Assembly: GCA_029856045.1 (NCBI GenBank)
Contig: JAHQWG010000016.1
Location: forward strand, 64,001 to 128,000
Reading direction: 5' to 3'
Source of the DNA: Promethearchaeia archaeon
GTDB taxonomy: Archaea; Asgardarchaeota; Lokiarchaeia; Sigyniarchaeales; SOKP01
DNA length: 64,000 nucleotides
The stretch's first letter is position 1; every line of letters begins with the position of its first letter. The notes beneath the pieces are model-generated. The model ran no database searches. It was not told where the DNA came from and saw nothing but the letters and a program-made list of their open reading frames with translations. This document shows, one piece after another, positions 30,361 to 40,617 of this stretch. Position numbers and translations under genes: made by a program.

Positions 30361-32958
30361 ATGTTGGAGAAAAATAACTTCCCTAAACGATATAATTTTT
30401 CAGAAATCGAAAAAAAATGGATAAAATACTGGAAAAAAGAAAATATATATAAATTTGATTTAAATAAAGCAGGACAAATATTTTCGATTGATACACCCCC
30501 CGATTTTACAAGTGGGGATTTGCATATGGGACATATATTGAATCATTCATGGATTGATTTTGTAGCACGATTTCGAAGAATGCAAGGAATTAATGTTTAT
30601 TTTCCTCAAGGTTATGATTGCCATGGTCTTCCAACAGAATTAGCGGTCGCGGAAGAATTTAAAATAGATAAATATGATAGAGAAAATTTTCTTAAAAAGT
30701 GCATTGAATGGACAGAATATTGCATAAAACGAATGACTAGGCAATTTGATGAATTAGGATATTCTACAGATTGGAATTATATTTATAGAACAATGGATAA
30801 TACGTATAAAAAGCAAGTTCAAGAATCTCTTTTGGATTTTTATGAGAAAGGTTGGCTATATCGTGCTAAACATCCTACACATTATTGCATGAACTGTCAG
30901 ACTTCTGTCGCTAAAGCAGAAGTAGGATATATGGATGAAGAGGCAAAAATTTGGGAAGTTAAATTACCTTTAGCAAATTATCCTGAAGAATACATCACTA
31001 TTGCGACGACTAGACCAGAATATATTGAAGCATGTGTAGGCATCTTTGTTCATCCGAATGATGAAAGGCATTATGATTTAATAGGAACTCAGATAAGAAT
31101 CCCATTTTCAGAGAGAATTGTTCGTGTTGAAGCAGATAAAGAAGTGGATATGAATTTTGGAACTGGAATTGTATATTTATGTACATTTGGAGATGAGATG
31201 GATATACGATTGCAGATGAGATATAATCTTCCAATCGTACAAATTTTTACTAAAGATGGTCACATGAATGAAAACTCAAAATTTCAAGGTTTGACAATTC
31301 TTAAAGCTCGTGAAAAAATTTTAGAAGAATTAGATAAAAAGGGATTATTAGTAAGTGAGAAAGAATATCAACATCGAATAATAGTCCATACAGAAAGATC
31401 TTCCTGTAAGCAACCAATTGAATATCTCCCAATACCTCAATGGTTTATTAAAGTTAAGGATTTCACGAGAGATATTATAGAATCTGGAGAAAAAATGAAA
31501 TGGTTTCCGGAAAAACATAAACAACGACTAATTGATTGGTGCGAAAGTTTAGATTGGGATTGGGTCGTTTCTAGGCAGAGAGTATTTGGAACACCTATAC
31601 CATTTTGGTATTGTAATGATTGTGGGGAAATTTTTTCCGCAAAAAGAGAAGATTTGCCCGTTGATCCAGCAAAAGAAGAGTCGCCTGTAAAAGAATGCAC
31701 TAAATGTAAGAGTAAAGATATTATTGGTGAAAAGGACGTTTTAGACTGTTGGATTGACTCAAGCATCACACCTCTGGTTATATCAAAATGGAAAATTGAT
31801 AATGCTTTCTTTAATAAGACATATATGAAAGCCCAAGTTCATAGACCACAAGGTTATGAAATTATCAGAACATGGCTATTTTATACATTATTTCGCTGTA
31901 AAAAATTAACAGGGAAAGATCCATTTGATGAGGTTATGATTAATGGGATGGTTGCAGGCCCTGATGGAAGAAAAATGTCTAAAAGTTTTGGTAATGTTGT
32001 TTCTCCAGATGAAGTTTTGCCCCTATATGGAGCCGATGCACTAAGACAGTGGGCTGCAATGGGTTCATTAGGTGATGATTACCCGTTTGAATATTCGTGG
32101 ATTGAGAAAAATACCAAACAACCTGTTAGTAAAGATAAAATCGAAGATGATAAAAATAAATTACCTGAAGATAAATTCAAGAGAAAATATGAGAGAAGAT
32201 ACAATCAATTAATAGGGGCTTCTAAATTTCTAACAAAAATCTGGAATGCATATAGATTTTTATATTTAACTAATGAGAAAATTGATTTAAAAGAGATTGA
32301 CATAGATATAAATGAATTATCACCTATTGATAGCTATTTTTATAATAAATTTAATGAAGTTCTTGAATATATAACTAATTCTTTCGAAGGATATAATTGG
32401 CATGAAGGATTTGCAGCATTTCGCTCATTTTTTTGGTATGAAATATGTGATGATTACATTGAGGCAATAAAATATAAATTTTATTTAGAAGATGCAGCTA
32501 TAAAACAAAATGCATTAAAAGCCGTATTAAATCTGATGTATAAAATACTAAAGATTTTAGCAATAATAAGTCCTTTTATTTCAGAGGATATATATTCAAT
32601 TCTCTTTAAAAATTATATAAAACAGAAATCAATCCATCTTGAAAAATGGTCAGTTCCTTATCAAAGAATTCCAGAAAAATTCGCTGAACAAGGAAAATTT
32701 TGTTTAGAAATTATTAAAAATATTAGAATGGTTAAATCTTCAAATAAAATTCCATTGAATCAAGAATTAAATAAAGTTATATTAATTTTAGACATTAATA
32801 GAGTAAAAATGTTGGAAGCGTTACAAATCGATATAAAAAAAACAATTAGAATTAAAGAATTAATAGTAATTGATAAAGAGACACAGGAATCATTAGATAC
32901 ACCCGATATAGAAGAGAATATAGAAGATTTAGGGTTAAATATTTTAATTTTTAAATAA
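30361..32958 (+). CDS. valS: Valine--tRNA ligase
   Basis: IDTPP, HMGH, DCHGLPTE, ATTRPE, SRQR, QGYEIIRTW, KMSKS. Confidence 0.93.
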   Translation: MLEKNNFPKRYNFSEIEKKWIKYWKKENIYKFDLNKAGQIFSIDTPPDFTSGDLHMGHILNHSWIDFVARFRRMQGINVYFPQGYDCHGLPTELAVAEEFKIDKYDRENFLKKCIEWTEYCIKRMTRQFDELGYSTDWNYIYRTMDNTYKKQVQESLLDFYEKGWLYRAKHPTHYCMNCQTSVAKAEVGYMDEEAKIWEVKLPLANYPEEYITIATTRPEYIEACVGIFVHPNDERHYDLIGTQIRIPFSERIVRVEADKEVDMNFGTGIVYLCTFGDEMDIRLQMRYNLPIVQIFTKDGHMNENSKFQGLTILKAREKILEELDKKGLLVSEKEYQHRIIVHTERSSCKQPIEYLPIPQWFIKVKDFTRDIIESGEKMKWFPEKHKQRLIDWCESLDWDWVVSRQRVFGTPIPFWYCNDCGEIFSAKREDLPVDPAKEESPVKECTKCKSKDIIGEKDVLDCWIDSSITPLVISKWKIDNAFFNKTYMKAQVHRPQGYEIIRTWLFYTLFRCKKLTGKDPFDEVMINGMVAGPDGRKMSKSFGNVVSPDEVLPLYGADALRQWAAMGSLGDDYPFEYSWIEKNTKQPVSKDKIEDDKNKLPEDKFKRKYERRYNQLIGASKFLTKIWNAYRFLYLTNEKIDLKEIDIDINELSPIDSYFYNKFNEVLEYITNSFEGYNWHEGFAAFRSFFWYEICDDYIEAIKYKFYLEDAAIKQNALKAVLNLMYKILKILAIISPFISEDIYSILFKNYIKQKSIHLEKWSVPYQRIPEKFAEQGKFCLEIIKNIRMVKSSNKIPLNQELNKVILILDINRVKMLEALQIDIKKTIRIKELIVIDKETQESLDTPDIEENIEDLGLNILIFK

Positions 32959-32996
32959 CTTTCCATTTATTGGAGCAACTAATACTTCTTGTTAAA

Positions 32997-33878
32997 CTAT
33001 AGCTCGCCTTCAAGTTGAGAAATTATTTGCTTTTTCATTTCTTCAACGTTTGTTGAGAAGCCGAAAGTTTCAGCGAATTTTTGGTTCGTAGTTAACTCGT
33101 GAGTTCTTCCTTTTTTAATGGCGTTAATGAATTCATTATCTAATAACCATTTCACATGTTCGTAAGCGCCAGAACCACGTATTTTAATAAGTTTTGATTT
33201 CAGAATTGGTTGTTTTAAGGCAATAATAGTTAATGTTCGCATTATTCTTTGGGGAATAAGGCCACCAGCAGCAAACTTTGCAACTTTTTCAGTATATTCA
33301 GGTTTTATTTGCATACTATATTTATCTCCAATTTGAACGATTTCAATTGCAGTAGTTCTATCCAGAAACTCAAATGCGAGTTCATTGATTATATTTTTTA
33401 TTAAATCTTGCTTAATCTCTAATTTTGAAGAAAGTTCTTCAAGCCCAAGTGGACGACCTGCGACAAATAAAGCGGCTTCAATTTGATTTTTGTGAAAATC
33501 TAAATCAAGTCTTTCTTTTCTTTCTTCATCCGATAATTCTTGAATTTCTGGTTCAACTTTATTAATTTCCATTTCTATTAAGGATTCATCTATTGGTTTA
33601 ACTACTTCCTCTGTAGATTTATCCATTAATTCAACTTCATCTTCTCGTAAAGATTTATCTATTAATTCAATTTCATCTTCTTCTGTTGACTCATCTAATA
33701 ATTCAATTTTATCTTCTTCTAGAGATTCATCTATTAGTTTAACTTCTTCTTCTGTAGATTCATCTTTTAATTCAACTTCATCTTCTTCTAGAGATTCACC
33801 AATAGATTTATTTTCTAAATCTTGCTCTAATTCATTATTTTCATTATTTTCATTATTTTCTTGTTCCATGCACATCAA
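32997..33878 (-). CDS. scpB: SMC-Scp complex subunit ScpB with acidic repetitive N-terminus
   Basis: IEAALFVAGRPL, TLTIIALKQPI, IRG, TTNQKFAETFG. Confidence 0.9.
   Translation of the reverse strand: MMCMEQENNENNENNELEQDLENKSIGESLEEDEVELKDESTEEEVKLIDESLEEDKIELLDESTEEDEIELIDKSLREDEVELMDKSTEEVVKPIDESLIEMEINKVEPEIQELSDEERKERLDLDFHKNQIEAALFVAGRPLGLEELSSKLEIKQDLIKNIINELAFEFLDRTTAIEIVQIGDKYSMQIKPEYTEKVAKFAAGGLIPQRIMRTLTIIALKQPILKSKLIKIRGSGAYEHVKWLLDNEFINAIKKGRTHELTTNQKFAETFGFSTNVEEMKKQIISQLEGEL
33575..33800 (-). repeat. 11-12 aa acidic coding repeat, about 6 copies, in scpB
   Basis: ESLEEDEVELKD / ESTEEEVKLID / ESLEEDKIELLD / ESTEEDEIELID / KSLREDEVELMD / KSTEEVVKPID. Confidence 0.8.
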
Positions 33879-33910
33879 AATTTTTTTTTATTCTAATAAT
33901 TCTTTGTATA

Positions 33911-34900
33911 TTATTTAATTGTAATTGAAATATCTTCAAAATCATCTGCTTGAAATATATTTATTTTATTGGAAGTTCCTAAGAACATTAATGAAAGGAA
34001 CATCCTAACAAGAGCAAACTTACGGGAAATTGTTTCCTCTTGTTCATTTTTTATTAAATTTAAAAGTTTAAAAAAGGAGATATAATCAGTGTCATTAAGA
34101 TCTTGGGAAGCTTTAATTTTGTTATACCATCCATCGATCAATTCTTCAATCGTTTGGTCTTTTCCTGTAATATGTTTTAATAATTCTTTGGGTAATTTTG
34201 CTTTTGATTTTTTTAATTCTACCATTTGTTTTGCATCTTCTCTTCGTTCACGTGCGCGTCTTAATTTTTCTCGGTTTTGCATTGTTTCTAAAATAGCAGA
34301 TCTCATTGCAGAAAAGAGTTCTTCCCTAGTAGCGACTTTCTTTTTGGGTTGAATCGGTTGAGCAAATGCTTTTGGGATTGAACGTTTAGTTCGTTCCCTT
34401 AATTCCTCTAATTCTTGTTCCTGCTGTACTTTTTGTTCATGTTCAATGACATCCTTTATTTTTGTATGATGAATAGTTGCCGCACCTAAAATTGCCATTC
34501 CAGAAATTCTAAAATTAATAAAATCTTCTTTAAGCATCTTTTCAAAGAATTTATGAATTATCGGTGTGAAGTCTTGATTTAAAAATGTTGAATCCTTTAA
34601 TAATTCCGGATCCAAAAGTGAATTATATGGAGGTTTTTGCCAGAATTTTTTATCAGCTTCAATTTTTTTTTTCATTTCTTCTGTTATTTCTTTTAATAAT
34701 TCACCATCTTCTTCAAATTCTGCGATTAATTCTTCTTTAACTTCAATTTCCTTTTGGATTTCAGGTAATGGTTTTTCAATTGAATTTATTTGATCAATAT
34801 TTGATTTAGAAATATTTGGTGTTTCATCTTTAGGCTTTTTAGGGCATTTATGTTGAGATAGCCTTTTAAAGGTTTTTCCACAATAAGGGCATTTTGGCAT
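33911..34900 (-). CDS. scpA: Kleisin ScpA with N-terminal CxxC-x9-HxC zinc knuckle
   Basis: Lies between smc and scpB; kleisin N-domain FRISGMAILGAATIHHTK and C-terminal FLSLMFL...Q...FEDISI. Confidence 0.8.
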   Translation of the reverse strand: MPKCPYCGKTFKRLSQHKCPKKPKDETPNISKSNIDQINSIEKPLPEIQKEIEVKEELIAEFEEDGELLKEITEEMKKKIEADKKFWQKPPYNSLLDPELLKDSTFLNQDFTPIIHKFFEKMLKEDFINFRISGMAILGAATIHHTKIKDVIEHEQKVQQEQELEELRERTKRSIPKAFAQPIQPKKKVATREELFSAMRSAILETMQNREKLRRARERREDAKQMVELKKSKAKLPKELLKHITGKDQTIEELIDGWYNKIKASQDLNDTDYISFFKLLNLIKNEQEETISRKFALVRMFLSLMFLGTSNKINIFQADDFEDISITIK

Positions 34901-34922
34901 ATTTACGTTCTCCTTATTTTTT

Positions 34923-37900
34923 TTAAGTTTCCTCTAATTCCAATATTTGTTTAGCTTCTTTTTCTAAATCCACACTAAAAACATCTGTAATTCCACCTTG
35001 CATTGAAACACCGTATATTCTATCTGCATTTACAATGTTTTCTTCACGGTGACTAATAACTAAAAATTGAGCTTGTTTAGCGAATTCCTTAATAACCATC
35101 GAAACACGATGAACATTTGGGCCGTCTAAGGCCGCATCGATCTCATCTAAAATATAAAATGGAGCAGGATAAAATTCTTGAACGGCAAAGATGAAAGATA
35201 ATGCAACTAGAGTCTTTTCTCCGCCACTTAAAATTTCAAGTGAACTAATTTTTTTACCTCTTGGGCGAGCTTCTATGTCAATTCCTCCTTCAAAAGGTTT
35301 ATCTGGTCGCTCTAATATCATTTTAGCAGAGCCGCCTGGTGATAATTTTTGAAACACACTTGAAAATTGTCTATTAATCTCATGGTAAGCTTTCATGAAA
35401 TTTCTAGTTTTTTCCAATTCAATTTTATCAATAGAGTCAAGAATCGCTTTTCTTTCTCGTTGGATGGTTTGTCTTCTCATATCTATTTCATCAAATCGCT
35501 CTTTAACATCATCATATTGATCAATCGCTTTAAGATTTACTGGTTCAAGTTTCTTCTTAGCATTTTGCGTTTCTATGATATCATTTTGAAGTCCTTGTTC
35601 TGTAAGTTCTTCAGTTACTGGTGGAAGAGCTCCGTAATCTTTACCTCTTTCATAAAGTGTTTCAATCTGATCAGTCGTTATTATTTTTTTAGATTCAAGA
35701 TTATTTAATTTGGAATGTTCCATCGATAGATCCGCTTTTAATGAGGAAATAACATTTTGCATTTCTTTTTGTTTTTTCCAGGATTCATCTTTTTTAATCA
35801 CTATCTCGTCGATTTCTTTTTGTTTTTCTATTTTATCATTATTTACTTCAGTAAGAGTTTCATTAATTTTTTCTATATCTTTTTCAATCTGTTCAATGAG
35901 CTGATTAGAATTCTCAATTTCTTCTACCAAAATTTTAATTTGTTGTTCTCGTTCTTTATTTTTAGATAATTCGTTTAGATCTTTTTGTTGTTTCTGTAAT
36001 TTTTTGTTCATGTCTTTCAAGTATTTTTGAATTTCCTTCTGTTTATTGAATTCCTCATCTTTATGGTTTTTTAATTCATTAATTGTAATTTGTTCTTCAT
36101 CGATTTTCTTTTGAATTTCTTCTTGAGAAAGAGTTTGTTCCTCAATTTTTTTATTATTAGCATCGATTTTATTATTCGAGTCAACATTTTCAGTTTTTAA
36201 TTCTTCAATAGAATCTATGAGTCGCTGAATATTTTGTAGAGCTCTCAAATTATCAGTTATTAATTCTAGATTTTGATTTTCTACATCAATTTGTTTTTGT
36301 AATTCCGCTGTTTTTCCCCAGAATTTTTCTTTCTCTAATTTTAAATCGTTAATTTTGTTCTGATGTGTTTCTAATTCTTTTTTCCTTGTTTCAATGCTTT
36401 TATTTGTTGCAATAATTTCATTATTTTTTTCTTCAATCTCTATTTCAATAGACTTAATATTTTCCTCAATTTCTGTTATGTTTTCCAATAAATTTTGTAT
36501 GCCTTTGAGATCTTGTAAATTCTCTTGAATATTATCAAGTTCCTTCTGATTATTTTCAACCTTATCTTGAATCTCTTTCTTTATTGTCCAAAACTGTTTT
36601 TTCAGCTCTTTAATATTTTCTTGTTCTTTAATTAATTGTTCTTTCTCTTTGTTTTTCTCATCGATAAATTTATTTTTTTCAGTGGTCTCGTTTTCAAATT
36701 CTATAATTTTATTTTTTATTTCTTCCGATTGAGAAGAGAAATCATCTAATTTTCTTTTATCCTCTGATAATTTTTGATCGAATGATTCCTTTTTTGAATT
36801 AAAAACAGTTAGTTTTTGTTCATGATCATTCAATTCATTTAATTGGGAATTAATACTTTCAGAAATTTCTTCTAATTCTTTATAAAGATCTTGACTTTTT
36901 GATAATGTTAATTTTCTTAAAGCAAGATAAACATTTTCTAATATTTCCATTAAATCTTGGACGAAATCGTCAATATTGGAGGTTGATTCTTGGACAGCAA
37001 CGTCTGTAGATTCTTTTACGGATGTAAGTAATTGAGAAATTGAAGAGTCTGCATTTTCAATATATAAATTCAGAGTTTGAGTGAAAGAATTCAATGACCC
37101 ACGAATATTCTCATCAGATAATTCCTCCTTATTAATTTCTTCAATAATTTTCATCATTTCAACAATATCATAGATATAAGTTTTGAAATCTTCAGCAGAT
37201 GTTGAAATTGCTTCAAAATTTGATTCTTGAATTGCGCCTTTTATTGATTCAACAGAAATATGTATATTTTGGGTTAACATATTTAAAATTTGTAAAATTC
37301 CTGTTAAATTTTCTTTATTTTGATCATAATCTTCCTCAGAAACCCTAATTCGGTCTAAAAGAGTTTCTTTTTCCTTACTCAATTCATTTATTCTTTTGTT
37401 AATATTTTCTTTCTTTTTAGAGAGATTATTAAGATTAGAATTTGTTTCATTCAAATCCTCGGTAAGTGACTTTGTTTCTAAGTTAAGGTTTTTGATTTCT
37501 CGCTCAAAATTTTTTTGATTCTTTTGGAGAATTCTTATTTCAGTTTTAATGTTAGAGATTCTGGTATTATATTCAGTAATTTCAGATTCTGATGTATTTT
37601 TTTTCATTTGAATTAATTCATAATTCTGTTCATTCTTTTTTAAAGTATTTTCTTCTTGTAGAAGTTGTTTCTTTAAATCTGCTATATTCTTAATATAACT
37701 ATCTTTCTTTTTCATTAATTCTATTATTCTTACTTGAACTTCTTTTCCCTCACTTAATCTCTTGAATTCTTCTTCGATTTCAATTTTCTTTTTATTGAGT
37801 GTATTGATTTGGTTTTTATTCATTTTTATCTCTGTATTTAAAGATGAAAAAGATGAATGTAAATCAGAGATGATTTTATTAATATCACTTCTCTGGTTCT

Positions 37901-39353
37901 CGATTTCAGTAATTTGCGATTCCAAATCTTTCTGAACTTTATTTTCATTATTAATATTTTTCTTAATTTCTGCTATTTTTTCTCGAATTTGCTGCTGTTT
38001 TTGTTTAGTTTTATCAACGGCTTTTTCAATGTCTTCTTCTTCCCCCTTTAATTTTTCTAGTTCGGTTTCAAGTTCAACTTTTTTATTCTTATTTCGTTTA
38101 ATATTATTTTTCAATACCCCAATTTCAGCTTTGAGTGAAGAAATATTTTGTTTTATTGTAGAGATTTCACCTTTAAAACCTGCAACAATTTTTGTATGTT
38201 CATTAATATCTCCTTCAATTTCTTTATGCTTTGATTGACTAATTTCAAATGAGTTTCTAGAATTTTCTATTTCTTTTTCAATATTTGATATATCTTTCTG
38301 GACATCTTCAATCATATTATCAAATGTTTGACCCTCTTCCAAAACCTTTAGCTCTTTTTCAAGGTTCTCCTTTTTTATTTTTGATTTTTCAAGGGATTGT
38401 TTTTCTATTTCCATCGTTGTTTTATTAGAACTAAGTTCTGTTTTAATCTTAGTGATTTTTTCAGAGATATCTTCTCGTTCCTTTTCTTTCTCACTTATCG
38501 TTTGTTGAAGATTTTCCATAATAAGAGCTTCTTGTTTATAAATATCCTCTTGTCTATCAATTTTTCCTTTAAATTCTTCAATGATTTCTTGGGTCTTTTC
38601 CATATATTTTTCTAATTGTTCCTCTTCCGCTTGTAATTGGGATATTTTTAGAGCAATCAATTGCGAATTATAATAGTTAATTTTTTCATCTAATTCCTTC
38701 CATTTTAACGCATCATTTTTTTCTTTCTCAACTTTTTTCAGTTGAGAAGATACTTCTGAGAAAATTGCTTCAAATTTTCCTAAATCACGTTCTGCTTTAT
38801 CTAATTTTTTAAGAGTAGCATCTCTCATTTCATCATATTTTTCTAAACCTATAAGCGTTTCAATGAATGCGCGTCTATCAACAGAATTCATATGAGTTAA
38901 TTCCACTATTTTTCCTTGTAAAACAAATTGATTTGAGCCATCGGGGTCAATATTTGCTTGTGCTAAAGCATTTAATAATGCTGAGCGGGTTGCATTCTTT
39001 CCATTAATTAAATATTTACTTCCTGTTGTTTTTCTTACTTCTCTTGCTATTTCAAATGTATCTCCACCACCAGGAAATATTCCCTCTGAATTATCAAATG
39101 TAATTGCTACCCTTGAAGTTGAGGCAGGCTTTTCTTTTTGGGTTCCAGCAAAAATTAAATCCTTTAATGATTCAGCTCTCATAGTTTTTTTCGATAAACG
39201 CCCAAGACAAAAACATAATGCATCAATAACATTCGATTTTCCTGCCCCATTAGGTCCTACAATACAAGTAAAACCAGGAGAGAGCTTAATCGAAACCGTT
39301 CTATCTCCAAAGGATTTAAAACCAGTCATACTGATTTTCTTTATAATAGTCAT
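34923..39353 (-). CDS. smc: SMC chromosome segregation ATPase (long, atypical centre)
   Basis: GFKSF, Walker A GPNGAGKSN, Q-loop VLQG, PVNLKAI, signature LSGGEK, Walker B/D-loop LDEIDAALD, ISHRE. Confidence 0.95.
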   Translation of the reverse strand: MTIIKKISMTGFKSFGDRTVSIKLSPGFTCIVGPNGAGKSNVIDALCFCLGRLSKKTMRAESLKDLIFAGTQKEKPASTSRVAITFDNSEGIFPGGGDTFEIAREVRKTTGSKYLINGKNATRSALLNALAQANIDPDGSNQFVLQGKIVELTHMNSVDRRAFIETLIGLEKYDEMRDATLKKLDKAERDLGKFEAIFSEVSSQLKKVEKEKNDALKWKELDEKINYYNSQLIALKISQLQAEEEQLEKYMEKTQEIIEEFKGKIDRQEDIYKQEALIMENLQQTISEKEKEREDISEKITKIKTELSSNKTTMEIEKQSLEKSKIKKENLEKELKVLEEGQTFDNMIEDVQKDISNIEKEIENSRNSFEISQSKHKEIEGDINEHTKIVAGFKGEISTIKQNISSLKAEIGVLKNNIKRNKNKKVELETELEKLKGEEEDIEKAVDKTKQKQQQIREKIAEIKKNINNENKVQKDLESQITEIENQRSDINKIISDLHSSFSSLNTEIKMNKNQINTLNKKKIEIEEEFKRLSEGKEVQVRIIELMKKKDSYIKNIADLKKQLLQEENTLKKNEQNYELIQMKKNTSESEITEYNTRISNIKTEIRILQKNQKNFEREIKNLNLETKSLTEDLNETNSNLNNLSKKKENINKRINELSKEKETLLDRIRVSEEDYDQNKENLTGILQILNMLTQNIHISVESIKGAIQESNFEAISTSAEDFKTYIYDIVEMMKIIEEINKEELSDENIRGSLNSFTQTLNLYIENADSSISQLLTSVKESTDVAVQESTSNIDDFVQDLMEILENVYLALRKLTLSKSQDLYKELEEISESINSQLNELNDHEQKLTVFNSKKESFDQKLSEDKRKLDDFSSQSEEIKNKIIEFENETTEKNKFIDEKNKEKEQLIKEQENIKELKKQFWTIKKEIQDKVENNQKELDNIQENLQDLKGIQNLLENITEIEENIKSIEIEIEEKNNEIIATNKSIETRKKELETHQNKINDLKLEKEKFWGKTAELQKQIDVENQNLELITDNLRALQNIQRLIDSIEELKTENVDSNNKIDANNKKIEEQTLSQEEIQKKIDEEQITINELKNHKDEEFNKQKEIQKYLKDMNKKLQKQQKDLNELSKNKEREQQIKILVEEIENSNQLIEQIEKDIEKINETLTEVNNDKIEKQKEIDEIVIKKDESWKKQKEMQNVISSLKADLSMEHSKLNNLESKKIITTDQIETLYERGKDYGALPPVTEELTEQGLQNDIIETQNAKKKLEPVNLKAIDQYDDVKERFDEIDMRRQTIQRERKAILDSIDKIELEKTRNFMKAYHEINRQFSSVFQKLSPGGSAKMILERPDKPFEGGIDIEARPRGKKISSLEILSGGEKTLVALSFIFAVQEFYPAPFYILDEIDAALDGPNVHRVSMVIKEFAKQAQFLVISHREENIVNADRIYGVSMQGGITDVFSVDLEKEAKQILELEET

Positions 39354-39472
39354 AAGATGAAAAACCTTTTGATCTAATATCTTACTTTAATTTAAATAAT
39401 CACATTTATTTATAATTATTTTTAATTTCTTATAATTTATTTATTGGAATTTATAACGTAGAATTTTAATTG

Positions 39473-39898
39473 TTATAAAATTTTTTCACATTCAATATTA
39501 ATTTCACGCATTACTTTTGCAAAAGTAGTCCATAACTGTTGAGAAAATTGACTTACTAATATGGTATCTGTTCGTTTTGAATCTAAACATTTTAATTCTT
39601 CTTTATGAGATTTAATTTTTGTTTTCCAAATTTCCGAAAAGATTTCCTGTAGATTTATCTTTACTTTTTTTGCAATTTGTTCATATGTTTCATCGATATC
39701 TGCCTCCTTTTGCAATTTTTGAAGTTGTTCATATCTTCTTTTTTCTTTTGCATGCGTTAAATCTTTGCAATCAATAATAATTTGAAATGGATTTTTTTTT
39801 CCATATTGGCAGCCTCTAATATCACATTCATTACATATATCTTCGAATGAGATTGTAAATTGAGAAAGACCAGTTATAGAATATTTTAGAGTTGCCAT
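39473..39898 (-). CDS. Hypothetical Cys-containing protein upstream of smc
   Basis: ORF with CNEC-x4-C and further Cys residues; same strand as smc. Confidence 0.6.
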   Translation of the reverse strand: MATLKYSITGLSQFTISFEDICNECDIRGCQYGKKNPFQIIIDCKDLTHAKEKRRYEQLQKLQKEADIDETYEQIAKKVKINLQEIFSEIWKTKIKSHKEELKCLDSKRTDTILVSQFSQQLWTTFAKVMREINIECEKIL

Positions 39899-40007
39899 TA
39901 TCTTTTTTTTTTTTTCTCTTTAATAAATTAAGTGTTTATATAATATTTTAACTTTAATTAATGATTAAATCAATAAGGTTAAGAAATAATTTGATTAGTT
40001 GTGATAG

Positions 40008-40102
40008 TGCGCCCGGGGGGATTTGGACCCCCGACTTCACGGTTATATCGGCAGTAATTTTTACTTCAGCCGTGCGCTCTAACCAAGCTAAGCCACGGGC
40101 GC
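40008..40102 (-). tRNA. tRNA-Ile(GAT) with a 20-nt intron at position 34/35 (40047-40066)
   Basis: BHB motif: central helix CGGC/GCCG, bulges TGA and ATA, inner helix AGTAA/TTACT. Splicing gives CACGG-CT-GAT-AA-CCGTG. Confidence 0.85.
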
Positions 40103-40617
40103 AAAATCTCAAGAACTATATTTATAATTTTAATAATCTTGGATTTAAATAAAAAATTTACTTTTTTAATATATCATAAGAAAACTTTTGTCCAGTCTCT
40201 AATTCAAATTCATATATAAAAACGGTTTAAAACTTATAAGAAAGTTAGATATTATTCGGTGAATTTCTTACTAGCCGGAGATTCTTGAGTAGAAATTCTT
40301 AATAATGTTATTGATAACTTATTGCAAAGAGAAGAGCCTTTAACTATTGCTCTAAAGACGATTCAGTTACATGAAATTAAGAAAAATATAAACTTTTTCC
40401 TCGAAGTATGCAATCTTGTGATGGATGATGAGAATAAAGAGATACTGAATTTATAGTATTTCATTTTTTTATTTAAATTTGGTCGGTTATTATAAGTTAT
40501 TATAAAAACATTAGTTTAGAAGGTCTTTATTCGAACATGCCGATAAGCCTAAGCATATTATTGACGGCAACTAAAGGAATCTTCCTTTTTCTCTGCTCAT
40601 TTTTCAAAAGAGGTGAT

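Noticed and set aside
40008-40102. tRNA-Phe(GAA) with canonical 37/38 intron
   Set aside because: No BHB forms for that junction; a good BHB gives Ile(GAT).
39961-40152. 63-aa ORF in the track
   Set aside because: Antisense to the tRNA-Ile gene; spurious.
40247-40457. Possible decayed GTPase start (FLLAGDS*VE) and short open frame
   Set aside because: Similarity is limited to a few residues with an internal stop; not supportable.
40538-40569. TGCCG...CGGCA stem upstream of the AK6 operon sharing CGATAAGCCTA with the trp leader
   Set aside because: Only a 5-bp stem and an 11-nt match; no recognisable RNA family.
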